Shown: positions 52,460 through 64,000 of the stretch, one piece after another
How the letters are laid out: each line of letters begins with the position of its first letter
Position numbering within the stretch: position 1 is the first letter of the stretch
Assembly (NCBI GenBank): GCA_951406725.2
Contig: OX597828.1
Span: 34,968,001-35,032,000 of the forward strand
DNA length: 64,000 nucleotides
Direction of reading: 5' to 3'
DNA from: Octopus vulgaris
Lineage: Eukaryota
The notes under the pieces: generated by a model
Told to the model about the DNA's origin: nothing
The model's database searches: none
The model's input: only the letters and a program-made list of their open reading frames with translations
Translations under genes and position numbers: made by a program

Positions 52460-53163
52460 ACACATACAAATATATATATATATACATACATACACGCACA
52501 CACACACATATTTATATATATTTCCAAGTAAGTTTATCGTAATAATTTTGATGCGACTCTACTCTGTATTGTTCTCTCTCCCCCTTTCGTTTTCTCTCTT
52601 CCTATCTCTAATTCTTTTTTCTCCCATTCACCGTTTTATATCTATCTCTTTCTCTCTCACTCTTCCTCCTTTACTCTCTCTGTCGTTGCTCACACGTGAC
52701 CATTGTCCATCTTTCTTTCCTTCATGTGATCATCTTTCTTTTCCTTCAGTTTGTCGCACCTGTATCCTCTTTTATCTTTTATCTTTTCTCTTGTCAAAGA
52801 ATTGTCATCTAGCGTTCGCTACTTTACCTTGTCTGGCCAAACGGCTTTCCATGTTTGTTTTCGTTGGGCTTGTTGTATGTCTCCACCGTCCTATTTTGTC
52901 ACCAACTTTAACTCTCTGCAAATCCCAAATTTTATCTTGGTTCGCGGGAACAACTGTTTTTCGAAGCCTCATATTGTCGTTAATTGCTCAAAATGTGGAG
53001 TAAATGAACAGCCGACAACAGATGAAGGGTCGTTCTTTATGTTAATTGTCTTATTTTCCATTTGTTTCTCTCGTTGTTCGCATACCCAAGTTTGCCTTCG
53101 TATTTCATGCTGTTTCCCTATTCCATAATTCATGTTTACTTTTTGTGACGTCCTGTACGTTTA

Positions 53164-53211
<48 letters not shown>

Positions 53212-53363
53212 TATGTAAGTATCTACATATACGTATGTAATTTTCGTCGTACATTTGCGACCGTTGTCACTGATACATGAAGTAAAAGACACCTGCCCAA
53301 AGTGTTAGCTATACATATAGATGCGTATGTGTGTGTGTATATATATATGTGTGTTTGTGAGTG

Positions 53364-53396
<33 letters not shown>

Positions 53397-53574
53397 ATAT
53401 CTTTGTATCTGTGTTTATCAACCCACCCACCGATGTTTTTCTTTTTACAATAATATTGCCTAACACTCGTGGTATAACACAAATAATCAAGATTCTCTCC
53501 GATTGTAGACAAGCTTCATTCATCCAGGCATGGCCAGCTGTGACTTTTTTGTAATAAAATAATACAATATAAAT

Positions 53575-53972
53575 AAGGCGCCGAACTGGCAGAAACGTTA
53601 GCACGCCGGGCTTAATGGTTAGCGGTATTTCGCCTGCCGCTACGTTCTGAGTTCAAATTCCGCCGACGTCGACTTTGCCTTTCTTCCTTTCGGGGTCGAT
53701 TAAATAAGTACCAGTTACTGGGATCGATATAATCAACTTAATCCGTTTGTCTGTCCTTGTTTATCCTCTCAGTGTTTAGCCCCTTGTGGGTAGTAAAGAA
53801 ATAGCTATTTCATCTGCCGCTATATTCTGAGTTCAAATTCCGCCGAAATCAACTTTGCCTTTCATCCTTTCGCGGTCGATAAATTAAGTGCCATAAATTG
53901 TGTACTGGGGTCTATCTAATCGACAGGCCCCCTCCCCCAAAATTTCGAGCCTTGTGCCTAGAGTAGAAAAGA
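53575..53972 (+). mobile_element. SINE family B dimer (tail type 1 unit then tail type 2 unit)
   Basis: Junction aaagaaata|gctatttcatctgcc near 53803; final tail ggccccctcccccaaaatttcgagccttgtgcctagagtagaaaag. Confidence 0.92.
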
Positions 53973-54429
53973 ATAATTGAATATAATATACCTTCTGATT
54001 TATGGTTTAAATAGTTAATATTCATCATTGACTTCATCTTCTTATAGTACACCTAATAGGTCATAGAAGGACATTAGTTTATAATGAAGCAGCAGTAGTT
54101 AGGGAATCGTGACTGCATATAATATGCGTGTAAGCTAGGCACACACACACGCATGTATGTGTAAATCGAATACTTATTATGCCAAGTAATATTTGAGCAA
54201 GCTTAAAGTAAGATCTTTTAAGAAAACATCAATCTCAAAACATGCTTTGTTAACCATCGTCAATTATGAATACATGCATGTACATATGTACATGTTGTGT
54301 GTGTGTATGTGTAGCATGGGTGAGATGATAAAGGAATTAACGTGCACAAAGTTTGGACATATCCAGTGGTATATACATCTTTATGAGTATAAATGCAAAG
54401 TTTACCGTTAAACAGTACTATGTGTATGA

Positions 54430-54900
54430 TTTCAGCGTATATTTGCTTAGAGATTATCAGAAATAACCCATTGTTGCTTATAGAATAATGTAACAATGCC
54501 AAATAAAACCGTCGGCAGAAGAAGTTGTATTTGTAGTTGAATTAATGACTGATTTAAGGCATTTAGGTGGAAATGATATTTTGAAAAGAGTTACCATTGT
54601 ATTCAGATTTTGGTCAAAAGAATCAAGTTCTCAAAGAAAATTTTTAAACAATAGAAGGCATACATTGATGTAAGGAACCCTCTGTTGGTTCAGGGCCTTT
54701 AGCTACGTTCTTTAACACTGTCTAATTTTATCATTCCGTATAGCCTTAACAAATTCCGTAAGCCGTTTTCATTGCTGTTCTAACATTTCACTGAATACAT
54801 CAAGTCCGCCATTTTTATGCTGTTGTTGATTTCACATACGCTGTGGAGTTAAATGTAAAATACACCCCGATTACGAATTGAATGCCTGGGTGTGGTTATA
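54430..54900 (-). pseudogene. Possible highly decayed DNA-transposase fragment (Kolobok-like)
   Basis: Broken translation EGSLHQCMPSIV...SFQNII..*MP*...RRFYLALLHY resembles a recalled ESF....Y.PK...R..LA.LH.N motif; many stops. Confidence 0.3.
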
Positions 54901-56467
54901 ATTACTCGAAATGTTATGAAATGGAAACTATGATGCCCCTGTTGTTGTTCTTCAGAGTATTTGTGATACAAGCAATCGTCGCTGTGTGGTTAAGAAGTTA
55001 AATTTTATTTATTTACTTTTTTTTTTATAATAGAATCAATTGACTAATTGCGTAAACATCGCCGCACAAACTGGCAGATCAAGTCGGTACACTTTAAACA
55101 CAGTTTCTTGGGATATTTGTTCTGTATCTAGACACTCCCTTTTTAATCTTCGTTGTTGAAGATACAGTAAATCAATTATTTGCCCACTAGAAACTTGTCA
55201 ATAATGATGCTATTGATCACCCATTTCTATATAGACAAGAAAAGAAAATAATAAATAAGTAAGTAAAGAAATTCAGCAACTAGTGGCACTTAAGATGGAA
55301 TAAAAAGTAATCAAGTAAAACAAACAAAGACTGTTCAAGATTATTGTATTAATTTGCGCTCGTCAGATCTGCCTCTGAAACGTAACGTCCAAATGTTGAA
55401 TAGAAACCTTGTAAATCTATAGACATATTTATATAATATGACATTTCCGCATTAATAAAACACTTTCTTGCATTATATATTCATGGAGATTCATCTTTAA
55501 TACATTTCATAACATGTTATCTTTGATACTTTGCAGAATAGATTCAGATAACTGACATACAAACGCCTATTTACTAAAAGTACTGCGCAAAGATGCACCA
55601 TCTTTACTAAAAAGGTTCAATTTTCTCTCAGTATTCTCGCAGCATACCTACAACGGTTCCAGTTCTATCCAAAATGTTTCTTTCGTCTCCTTATCAATTC
55701 CAACATTCACCAAATCATTACTAACTCTTTCATCGCTCTTTCCTCTTCTAAAATTCCAACACTCTGCATTTCTTTCCCTTCCCATACATTGGATTTTTAA
55801 CCTGCATACGTCGATTTACAGATATTAGTAGTGAGCATCTGCCATACTGATCTCATCAGTGTAGGATGCGATAGGGGGTGGCTGAAATGAAATGGGTCCT
55901 GTCCCTTCTTTTCTGACTAATTTATAGAGGACACAATAAAAAGAAAGCGTACGACCACCTACCACTTCGTTACGTACATGTCCTTTCCTCCTCCCTCCCT
56001 CCCCCTTCACACACAAACACACATTCTCGCTGTCTCTTCTTTCTTTTCTCTTTAGCTCCGTGTGATTTCATCATTTTACTTCCTAAGTCTATGATGCCAT
56101 TCTTGTTCCGATCTCACCCGCTGACTAGACCACTCCAGCCATTCTTTATGCTGCTGCCGTCCATCAACGCAAACAGACAGTCAGCCAACCATGTTTGTGT
56201 CGCTGTTTTATATCTTATGTCATTCAGTTCACATCAACAGAACATCGGTCAGATTCTCCCCCACTCTTCCCTACATAGAGTTGCTTTTATCTTTCTTTTT
56301 CTTTGACTTCTGATCTTCTCCCTCTCCCTTTCTCTCTCTCTCTCTCTCTCTTTCTCATTTCCGCCATAGTTCTCGCTATTTGCAGCGTTACACAGTCTAG
56401 TGAGCACGCGTTCAACATAACACATATAACAATATGCATAAACAAATACATACATACGCATACATAC

Positions 56468-56498
<31 letters not shown>

Positions 56499-56799
56499 TG
56501 TATGTATGTATGTATGTATGTATGTATGTGTGTGTATATATGTATCTATACACTCACACACATAAACACACACTCACACATACACACACACACAAAGCAA
56601 TTGCGTATATATCTTTCATTGCATAATATATAACAGAACAGATATTTATACGGACATATCCGCATAAACACATACATTTTTCATTCACAGACACACACAC
56701 AAACAGATATTAATCAATATACATGCGTGGCTGTGTGGTAAGAAAATGCTGTCCTAACCACATGGTTCCGGGTTCAGTTCCACTTAGGCTGATCCCACG

Positions 56800-58181
56800 T
56801 AAAATGGCAATATTTTTCATTCGAAAGTCATTCACGCTTGGCAAATACATCACTTATGTTCCACAAATGGTTCTACACTCTAGATTTTTCACTTATGGAG
56901 TAATATTGAGTAATGGGGCTTCTAAAGAAAGGGTCAGAAAAACCTCCATTTCTGATGTACGGTGACTATTGTGGACAAGGGAGGTAACTCTTTACGAAGT
57001 AACATTCAGTAATTGATTGTTCCCTTACATTTGTATCTCCCCCGCTTCACTTTTATGAATACATGCATGTACAATCGCTGGGTCGTACCCCACAACAAGA
57101 TGCTCTGCAAAACATTTCATGCACACATCAACGTAGAATTCTGTAATTCTGTCAAATCCATACGTTACATATGCAAGTACATTATTAAAGGATTAGACAG
57201 AGCCGTTTTTTCAAATAAAATCTACACGCTCAACAAGTTTTACAAATGATGAAATGATTCATTTCGAAACTGGATGCTACATATCCACCATTGAAGCCAT
57301 ATGGAGAAGCTTAGGATTTCCAGTTCACGAACAATACCCTTCTATGATACATCTCAGCGTTCATTATGGCGGCATTTTCAAAGATTCCAGCTCCAAACAG
57401 GGACTTTTGGATATAGGTGATCAATATGATAATGCACTAGAAGAGGCCTCACTGTGTCGTTCTCCGCACAGGCTCCGATACCATTTTGTAATAATCTGGT
57501 TTTCTGCAACCTGACAGACGCATATTCACTTTGAAATAAATACAAAGACTCAATATGCCATGACATTTTGCCAAATTAGAGATAGCGTTGACACTCCCAC
57601 TACCCCTGCTATTTACAACAAAGGGTTTTGTTTCTCTTGGAAACTTGGTTATGGCAATTGGAGGTCAATGATTGGACGCTTATTCTCTCAACACTCCAAA
57701 CAGAAATGAAGACGCCTGTCCCAATCGCCTCATTCTCAGAGAAACACCCTACAACATCCACAAACTCAGACAGTACATTACTCAAACAGTACAGTATAAA
57801 TATTTGCTTTTCTTTATCATACATGACTTTCGTTGAAAAAAAAGCTTCAATGCGGTAGTGTCAGGCATTACGAGTAGATATAACTACATGCTACAAAACG
57901 CTTCAAGTAAGATATAGGATCCCTAATACCTACTGCAATTGCGATCTCATTTCATGGATTTCCATTTATTACTAACTGCCAAATTTGTGTTCAAAAAAAT
58001 TTACTTATTACCTAAGTTGCTTAATACCTTATCATAAACTGATAACGAAAATGGTAATTATACATTTTACCCTTATCAACTTGAAACGACTTCTAACTGC
58101 AGGCTAATTCAGCTTAAACCGTCTACAGCAGTACACCATTATTATAAATTACACCGTCCAAAGGACGGGTGCATTTGCTAT
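56800..58181 (+). mobile_element. Helitron remnant (Rep fragments plus 3' terminus)
   Basis: RWVVPHNKMLCKTFHAHINVEFCNSVKSIRYICKYIIKGLDRA, YISTIEAIWRSLGFPVHEQYPSMIHLSVH, QYDNALEEAS; 3' hairpin ccgtcc-aaa-ggacgg (58154-58168) followed by gtgcatttgCTA. Confidence 0.9.
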
Positions 58182-58203
58182 TATATCTATATATTTATAT
58201 ATA

Positions 58204-59109
58204 TATGGTCTGATCAAAAAGTATCCGGACTGTTGCCATAATAACGATGCTAAAGCACACAGATAAAAGCCGCTTGGCACACATTGACATTGAACTCTGT
58301 GGTGTATGCGCACTAAGTATTAACGTTCTAGCTCACTTCCGCTGTTTACAGCAGTGCTTGGAAGGAACGTGTGTAACGTGTGATCATCGAATACACCACG
58401 ACGGAGAAAACTGAGCAGAGAATCTGCATCAAATTTTGCCAAAAACCTTGGCGATACCTACTCAGAGGCCTACGCAAAGTTATCAAAAACTTTTCATCGT
58501 GCGATCTCGACAAAATCAAGGAGTTCTTGTGCAATGAAATCCGAGTGTCGTTTTTGTCAGCTGAAAATAGTTTGGGCACAAACTTGGTAGACACGCGTCT
58601 CATACCCAAATCTTCAATGATGATAGACTGAACTGAACCGTAACTAATCTGTACATCCTCTGATAACTCACGGATGGCGATTCGACGATTTCCCTTCACA
58701 GCTGCATGCACATCTGCTTTTTTTTTGTTTTTTCGTAGTTCTGCTGGTTGCGGGTCTTCCAGAACGTTCGTCGATATCGACATTTCTCAGCCATCATTCG
58801 AAGCGTCTGAACCACTCGTACACATGCGCATGGCTCATACACTCCTCTCCATACACTTTCTGCAACTTTGCATTTGCCTCTAAGCAGGTATCGCCATGAC
58901 AACTTTCTCTGTTATGGTCAATGCGACGATCACACGTTACACACATTACCTCCAAGCACTGCTATAAACAACGGGAGTGAGCTACAACGATAACACTTAC
59001 TGCATATGCACAGTAGAAGTTAAGATCAATCTGTGCCAAGCGGCTTTACTTTGCGCGCTTTAGTTTTGTTACTATGGCAACAACTCCGATACTTATTGAT
59101 CAGACCTTG
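58204..59109. mobile_element. Mariner-derived fold-back element (906 bp) with two inward-facing 5' ends
   Basis: ggtctgatcaaaaagtatcc / gatacttattgatcagacc TIRs, TA flanks; EKTEQRICIKFCQK on plus; HVYEWFRRF, ERSGRP, RRIAIRELSE, MRRVSTKFVPKL on minus. Confidence 0.9.
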
Positions 59110-59223
<114 letters not shown>

Positions 59224-59268
59224 CAGAGAGACAGAGAGAAACAGACAGACATACATCAGACAAATAGG

Positions 59269-59311
<43 letters not shown>

Positions 59312-59944
59312 GCAGATATGTACGCACTCCATACATATGAATATATATGAATTCATATCAATGAATAGATATACCAACGCACACACATGCATACATATAC
59401 ACACACCTATACGTGCATAAATACGCACAAATGTATACAATGCTTACATGTATTTACACACATGTACACATATAGATACATCCACACGCTCATTCGCACA
59501 CACACACACACACTCAAATGTAGATTCAAACAACGAGGATATTGTGAAGAAATTAAGGCGACTCTGAGAAATACTAAAACGGTTAACCTAGACAAAAGCT
59601 GTTAGTTTGAGAATCGCCATGTTTATCTTGTCAAAAATTATTGTTTGAAAATGAAGCCTGTTCTATAAAATTATCTATCATGTCTTTGTTATTCGTTATT
59701 CTTCGGTTTGCTTAATATGGACCTCCTTCTTTCACTTTCTTCACTCAGATCGATCAAGTTTATTGTCGACATTACCATTACTTTCTGGAATTATCTATTT
59801 AAATCTCGTCTGTGTTATGATCCGCAATTCCCTGAACTCACAATAGATTTTCATAACGTTTCAGACGTCTTCATTGCTAACAAACAACCTTATCAATCGC
59901 TCATCAAGTTCTTTCAATGTTTTCTTGTCGCCGTCTGCTTCAGG

Positions 59945-59949
<5 letters not shown>

Positions 59950-60042
<93 letters not shown>

Positions 60043-60274
60043 CGTGCGTATGTGTGTGTGTATAAGTGTGTGTGTGTAAGTATGTAAGTGTGTGTGTGAA
60101 CTTGTATGTTTATATGAGTGTGTGTGTGCGAATGTGTGTGAACATTTGTATTATGTATATACACATATGTACATGTATGTATATGTACGTGTACATATAT
60201 ATATATGTAAACTCTCACACACACACGCACACACATAACACATATACTGACATACCCACACACACTTCCATAAC

Positions 60275-60319
<45 letters not shown>

Positions 60320-60480
60320 GAGAGAGAGAGAGAGAGATAATAGTTATCATATTTATGCGTGTGCATGTGGTGTCTCTAAGTCTATGTAAATATATGTGTG
60401 TGTGTGCGTATGCGTATATATGTATATATATATATACACTCACACACACTTTTGTATACGTCTCTTTATATATGTATATG
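59950..60480. repeat. (TG)n and compound TA/CA/GA microsatellite field
   Basis: Direct reading. Confidence 0.92.
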
Positions 60481-60905
60481 TCTGCGGTCTTCATATATCT
60501 TGTGCATTTATGCTCGTGTGATTATTGTGCTGGAAGAGAGATAATTAAAAATGGTGATGAAAAACAGAAAGAGTACAAGAGACAGATAAGATAATGGTAA
60601 CATGTGGAAAATGAGGGAATAACTAGAAACAGTATTACGGCAACCAAGCGTGATCTTTGCTGAGGAGATCTGATAAGTACGAAACAAACACGGAGTTGTC
60701 GCATATGTATGACAATATCATATTAGCTATATAAAGAGACAGCAGTGAGATAATAACTTTTTCTCATATCGCATGTTTTAGTAATTAATTGAATTACTCC
60801 TACCCTCGGTATTTTAACAATGGTGGCATTAGCTTGATGTCATTGTTTATGCAGATGAAATACTTTGGATATTTTCCGCGAATCACGTATATATATATAC
60901 AGAGT

Positions 60906-60906
<1 letters not shown>

Positions 60907-60987
<81 letters not shown>
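60907..60987. repeat. (GATA)n microsatellite
   Basis: About 20 perfect units. Confidence 0.97.
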
Positions 60988-60988
<1 letters not shown>

Positions 60989-62377
60989 AGTGGCGTGGAA
61001 GACAGTCAGCGAGATAACATATTCTGATAATCATGTCTACAACTACACTACATATCTCTACTACACTAGCGCCCTCATCGGTAACATATCTGAGTCTCAT
61101 CTGTTTAACTCTTACCTGCTTTATACTACAGAGTAAAATCACAGAAATACTCCATGGAAATTTTCCTAGTGTTTGTTATTGTTAATGGAAGTAGAAAGAT
61201 CTTAGTACCATTTATAGGGCATTGACGGCCGTTTGGATAAGCTGACTACCGGTTAACTAACGCCTCAATATGTTTCGACCCGTCTCACAAGGTAATTTTT
61301 TCTTTATTGTTTTTTCTTTCTTTCTTTCTCATAAATTGGAAATATTTCAATTTAGAAAATATAGATTTATTGATAAGGATCTTAGTTACCATGTCCTATA
61401 GCTCTGCGATGAATTGATTGGTGTGAGATGTTTTTATTTCCTAGACTTCTGTTACAGAAAAAGAGGATTTTTAAAATTATATTTTATGGAAGAGAATCGC
61501 TTATGATTTTTTTCACATGGCCTTCGAAGGTAATGAGGAAAGAGGGGGGGGATCTGTTGCATAGAGACCCGGTGTGGCTATTTCTAACAAACAACAAGTA
61601 CCTTGCTTTGAACACCCAAGGGCGAGGTGGAGGCATTAAACTGTTGCTGGCATCCAGCAACAGTTCATCGATGCGTTTTCGTAGTTTCAGTCAGTTTCAC
61701 TCACAAATCTTGGGTTGACACGAGGCTGCGATAGAAAGCGCTTTACCCAACGATTTGCATTCTGGGTTCGATCCTGAAAACACCTAGTTGCGAACTGAAA
61801 TTCTTAACCACATGACCAAATCTAAAACTGTTTAAACTGGAAATTGTAGTTGGCGAGCACAATCGATTCCCCTCATTTCCGTTCTACATCGCTCACTTGC
61901 ACATCCTCCAGTCAATGTATGTATATGCTTGTGCGCATGCGTGTGTCTGTGTTATACGCACACACGCACACACACACATGATGGCGCCAAACTTTGTTCT
62001 GTGTTTCTATCATTTTATCTCCTTTATTCACGGGTGACAACACTTTCAGAGTATAGTTAATGACAAAGGGAGATAAATCTTTCATGTCTAATCTATAAAG
62101 ATCTTAATTAAGTTTTGTTAATTATAGTAATTAAATTAAATAGTATAATTATTTATAAAATTTAATTAAATTTTATTGCATTCGATGTTTGTCCAAACAA
62201 ATTCAAAATTTATCTCCAAAATACGTTGGAATTTTCGAAAGAACTTCAATCGTAGACACCGAGTGCAGGAGCCAAACAATAGAAAATTAATCAGTCGGGA
62301 ATACTAAGAACTTCGATGACTTGAAAGTCTATGGGGGAAAAGACATCCGAAGAAATGGATAGGAACAGCTTAAAATA

Positions 62378-62750
62378 ATGGTTTCTAATTTTGGTACAAG
62401 GTGAGAAGATTCTGGAGGGGTGCTTGGCTGGTACTTATTTTATCGAGCCAAAAGTGAGAAAAGAAAGGTCGTCCTCGGTGATATTTGAGCTCGGAATGTG
62501 AAGCTGGAAGAGATGCCGAGCATCTTGTACGGCATCTAAACGATTCTGCTGGCTCTCCGCTTTAATATCATCAAATAATATTTTCTACTATATGCACAAG
62601 GCCTGAAATTTTGAGGGAAGAGTTTAGTCGATTACTTTTACCCTTGTTGCTCGTCTGGTATTTATTTCATTGACCCAACAGAATGAAAGGAAAAATCGGC
62701 CTCGGAGGAATTTGAACTCAAAACCTTAAAGACGGACGAAATGCCACTCA
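62378..62750 (-). mobile_element. Two old SINE B copies in tandem
   Basis: ctggtacttattttatcga...cgattctgctggctctccgc, then ttttctacta...cctcggaggaatttgaactc...gacgaaatgcc. Confidence 0.75.
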
Positions 62751-62915
62751 CACTACGCCTTCTGAATAGCTTTAAACGATAAATATTAATGATCTGTAGG
62801 GACTCCATATTTCGTTATGCAACTGTATATGTAAAATTAGTATATGCAATCATGTTCCACTGCTACATTTAGTGGCCATTTAAGCTATGAGCTCGTGGAT
62901 GTTAATGGACTGGAC

Positions 62916-62962
62916 GGGTGCTGATGATGGAGCAAGAACTCCCGAAATAGGTATATATACCC
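62916..62962 (+). ncRNA. Type I hammerhead ribozyme motif
   Basis: GGGUG CUGAUGA u GGAG caagaa CUCC c GAA AUA ggua UAU A / UACCC: both core boxes and stems I, II and III pair. Confidence 0.7.
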
Positions 62963-63767
62963 ATTACCCATTTTTCATCTTCGATCTCATTGTTTGTTTA
63001 CATTAGGCGTACTCGGAGACGAAACGTCGTAAAAAAAAAAATCAATGCTTGCTATAATCTCTATAGAAAAATCTGTAGAGATAAGCTTAGCAAGTTAAAG
63101 GGTAAAATGTGTTTGTGAGTTTTGGTAAGATCGAGCCTTGTGTGGAGAAGAAAAAATCTGACGTCTTAGGCCTGTTCGTTCGTCAGACAGAAAGAAAAAT
63201 ATTCTGGAGATGAGCAATTATTTTTTAATTCACGAATAGCGTTGCTAATGCAAGCCGCAAATAAGAGTTAGTGACGTCGGACATCGCTATGAACTTACAA
63301 TCTATTTATATAATTTAAGATAATGGTACTTTCATGCTAGGATAATAAGAAAGATGAATTACAATATAAAGAAGAATTACAAAACAATTCAGCAATAATA
63401 AGCTTAATTATAGAAATAAGTATGGGACACGGACCGGAAGTTGCTGCATCTGTGCATGATTATAAAAATGCTCTTCAAGGCATTAATTGCAACGAAGTAA
63501 ATTAAACGTTCAGAGTTTCGTCCCGTTCTGTGCCGTCTGCGTTGTTTATCTCTTCCTCCATCTGTGTGCACATGTGTTTGCAAATACACCTGTATGCATA
63601 TATATGCACGTAAACGTTTGCTTATATGTGTATGCATGTTTCTCTTGATTTTATTAATGTTGTTCTTCTCCCATGGACCCAGTAATTAAGGCCGTTATCA
63701 ATAAACATGCTAAGGGCGGCGCGTTGTTGGTAGAATCATTAGAGCGTCGGTTTAGAACTCTTTATAT

Positions 63768-64000
63768 AAGGCGGCGAGCTGGCAGAGTCGTTAGCACGAC
63801 GGGCGAAATGCTTAGCGGTACTTCGGCTGCCGCTACGTTGTGAGTTCAAATTCCGCCGAGGTCGACTTTGCCTTTCATCTTTTCGGGGTCGATAAATTAA
63901 GTACCAGTTAAGCACTGGGGTCGATATAATCGACTTAATACCTATGTCTGTCCATGTTTGTCCCCTCTATGTTTAGCCCCTTGTGGGTAATAATGAAATA
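63768..64000 (+). mobile_element. Young SINE family B, directly after an older B-like head (63715-63765)
   Basis: aaggcggcgagctggcagagtcgttagc ... ccccttgtgggtaataatgaaata at the window end. Confidence 0.92.

Noticed and set aside
61265-61297. Minus-strand cttgtga-gacgggtc-gaaac (similar weak strings at ~59857, ~60659, ~63010)
   Set aside because: First core box or stems are broken; within chance expectation.

Overview
Eukaryotic, AT-rich, repeat-saturated non-coding DNA (intergenic or a large intron). The microsatellite density and SINE repertoire suggest an octopod cephalopod (inference from recalled repeat families, not a database hit). I find no intact host protein-coding exon, rRNA, bona fide tRNA or CRISPR array; most ORFs in the supplied track are microsatellite read-throughs or transposon relics. 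The window holds dozens of copies of four tRNA-headed SINE families (my labels A-D), decayed RTE and R4/Dong LINE ends, mariner/maT-derived non-autonomous DNA transposons and a Helitron remnant with its 3' hairpin. Most notable: (1) SINE family B appears to insert repeatedly into one site in its own head (GGTATT/AGTATT), with TSD-supported nested copies, which would explain its 184-bp head-to-tail multimers; (2) several hammerhead-ribozyme motifs, one nearly complete (62916-62962), sharing an extra nucleotide after CUGANGA; (3) an 87-bp-arm near-perfect hairpin; (4) an inverted repeat whose intact arm shows the empty site of a SINE insertion; (5) SINE heads and tails in mixed combinations; (6) four GATA motifs at exact 11-bp spacing. 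Coordinates were read by eye and boundaries of old repeats are approximate.
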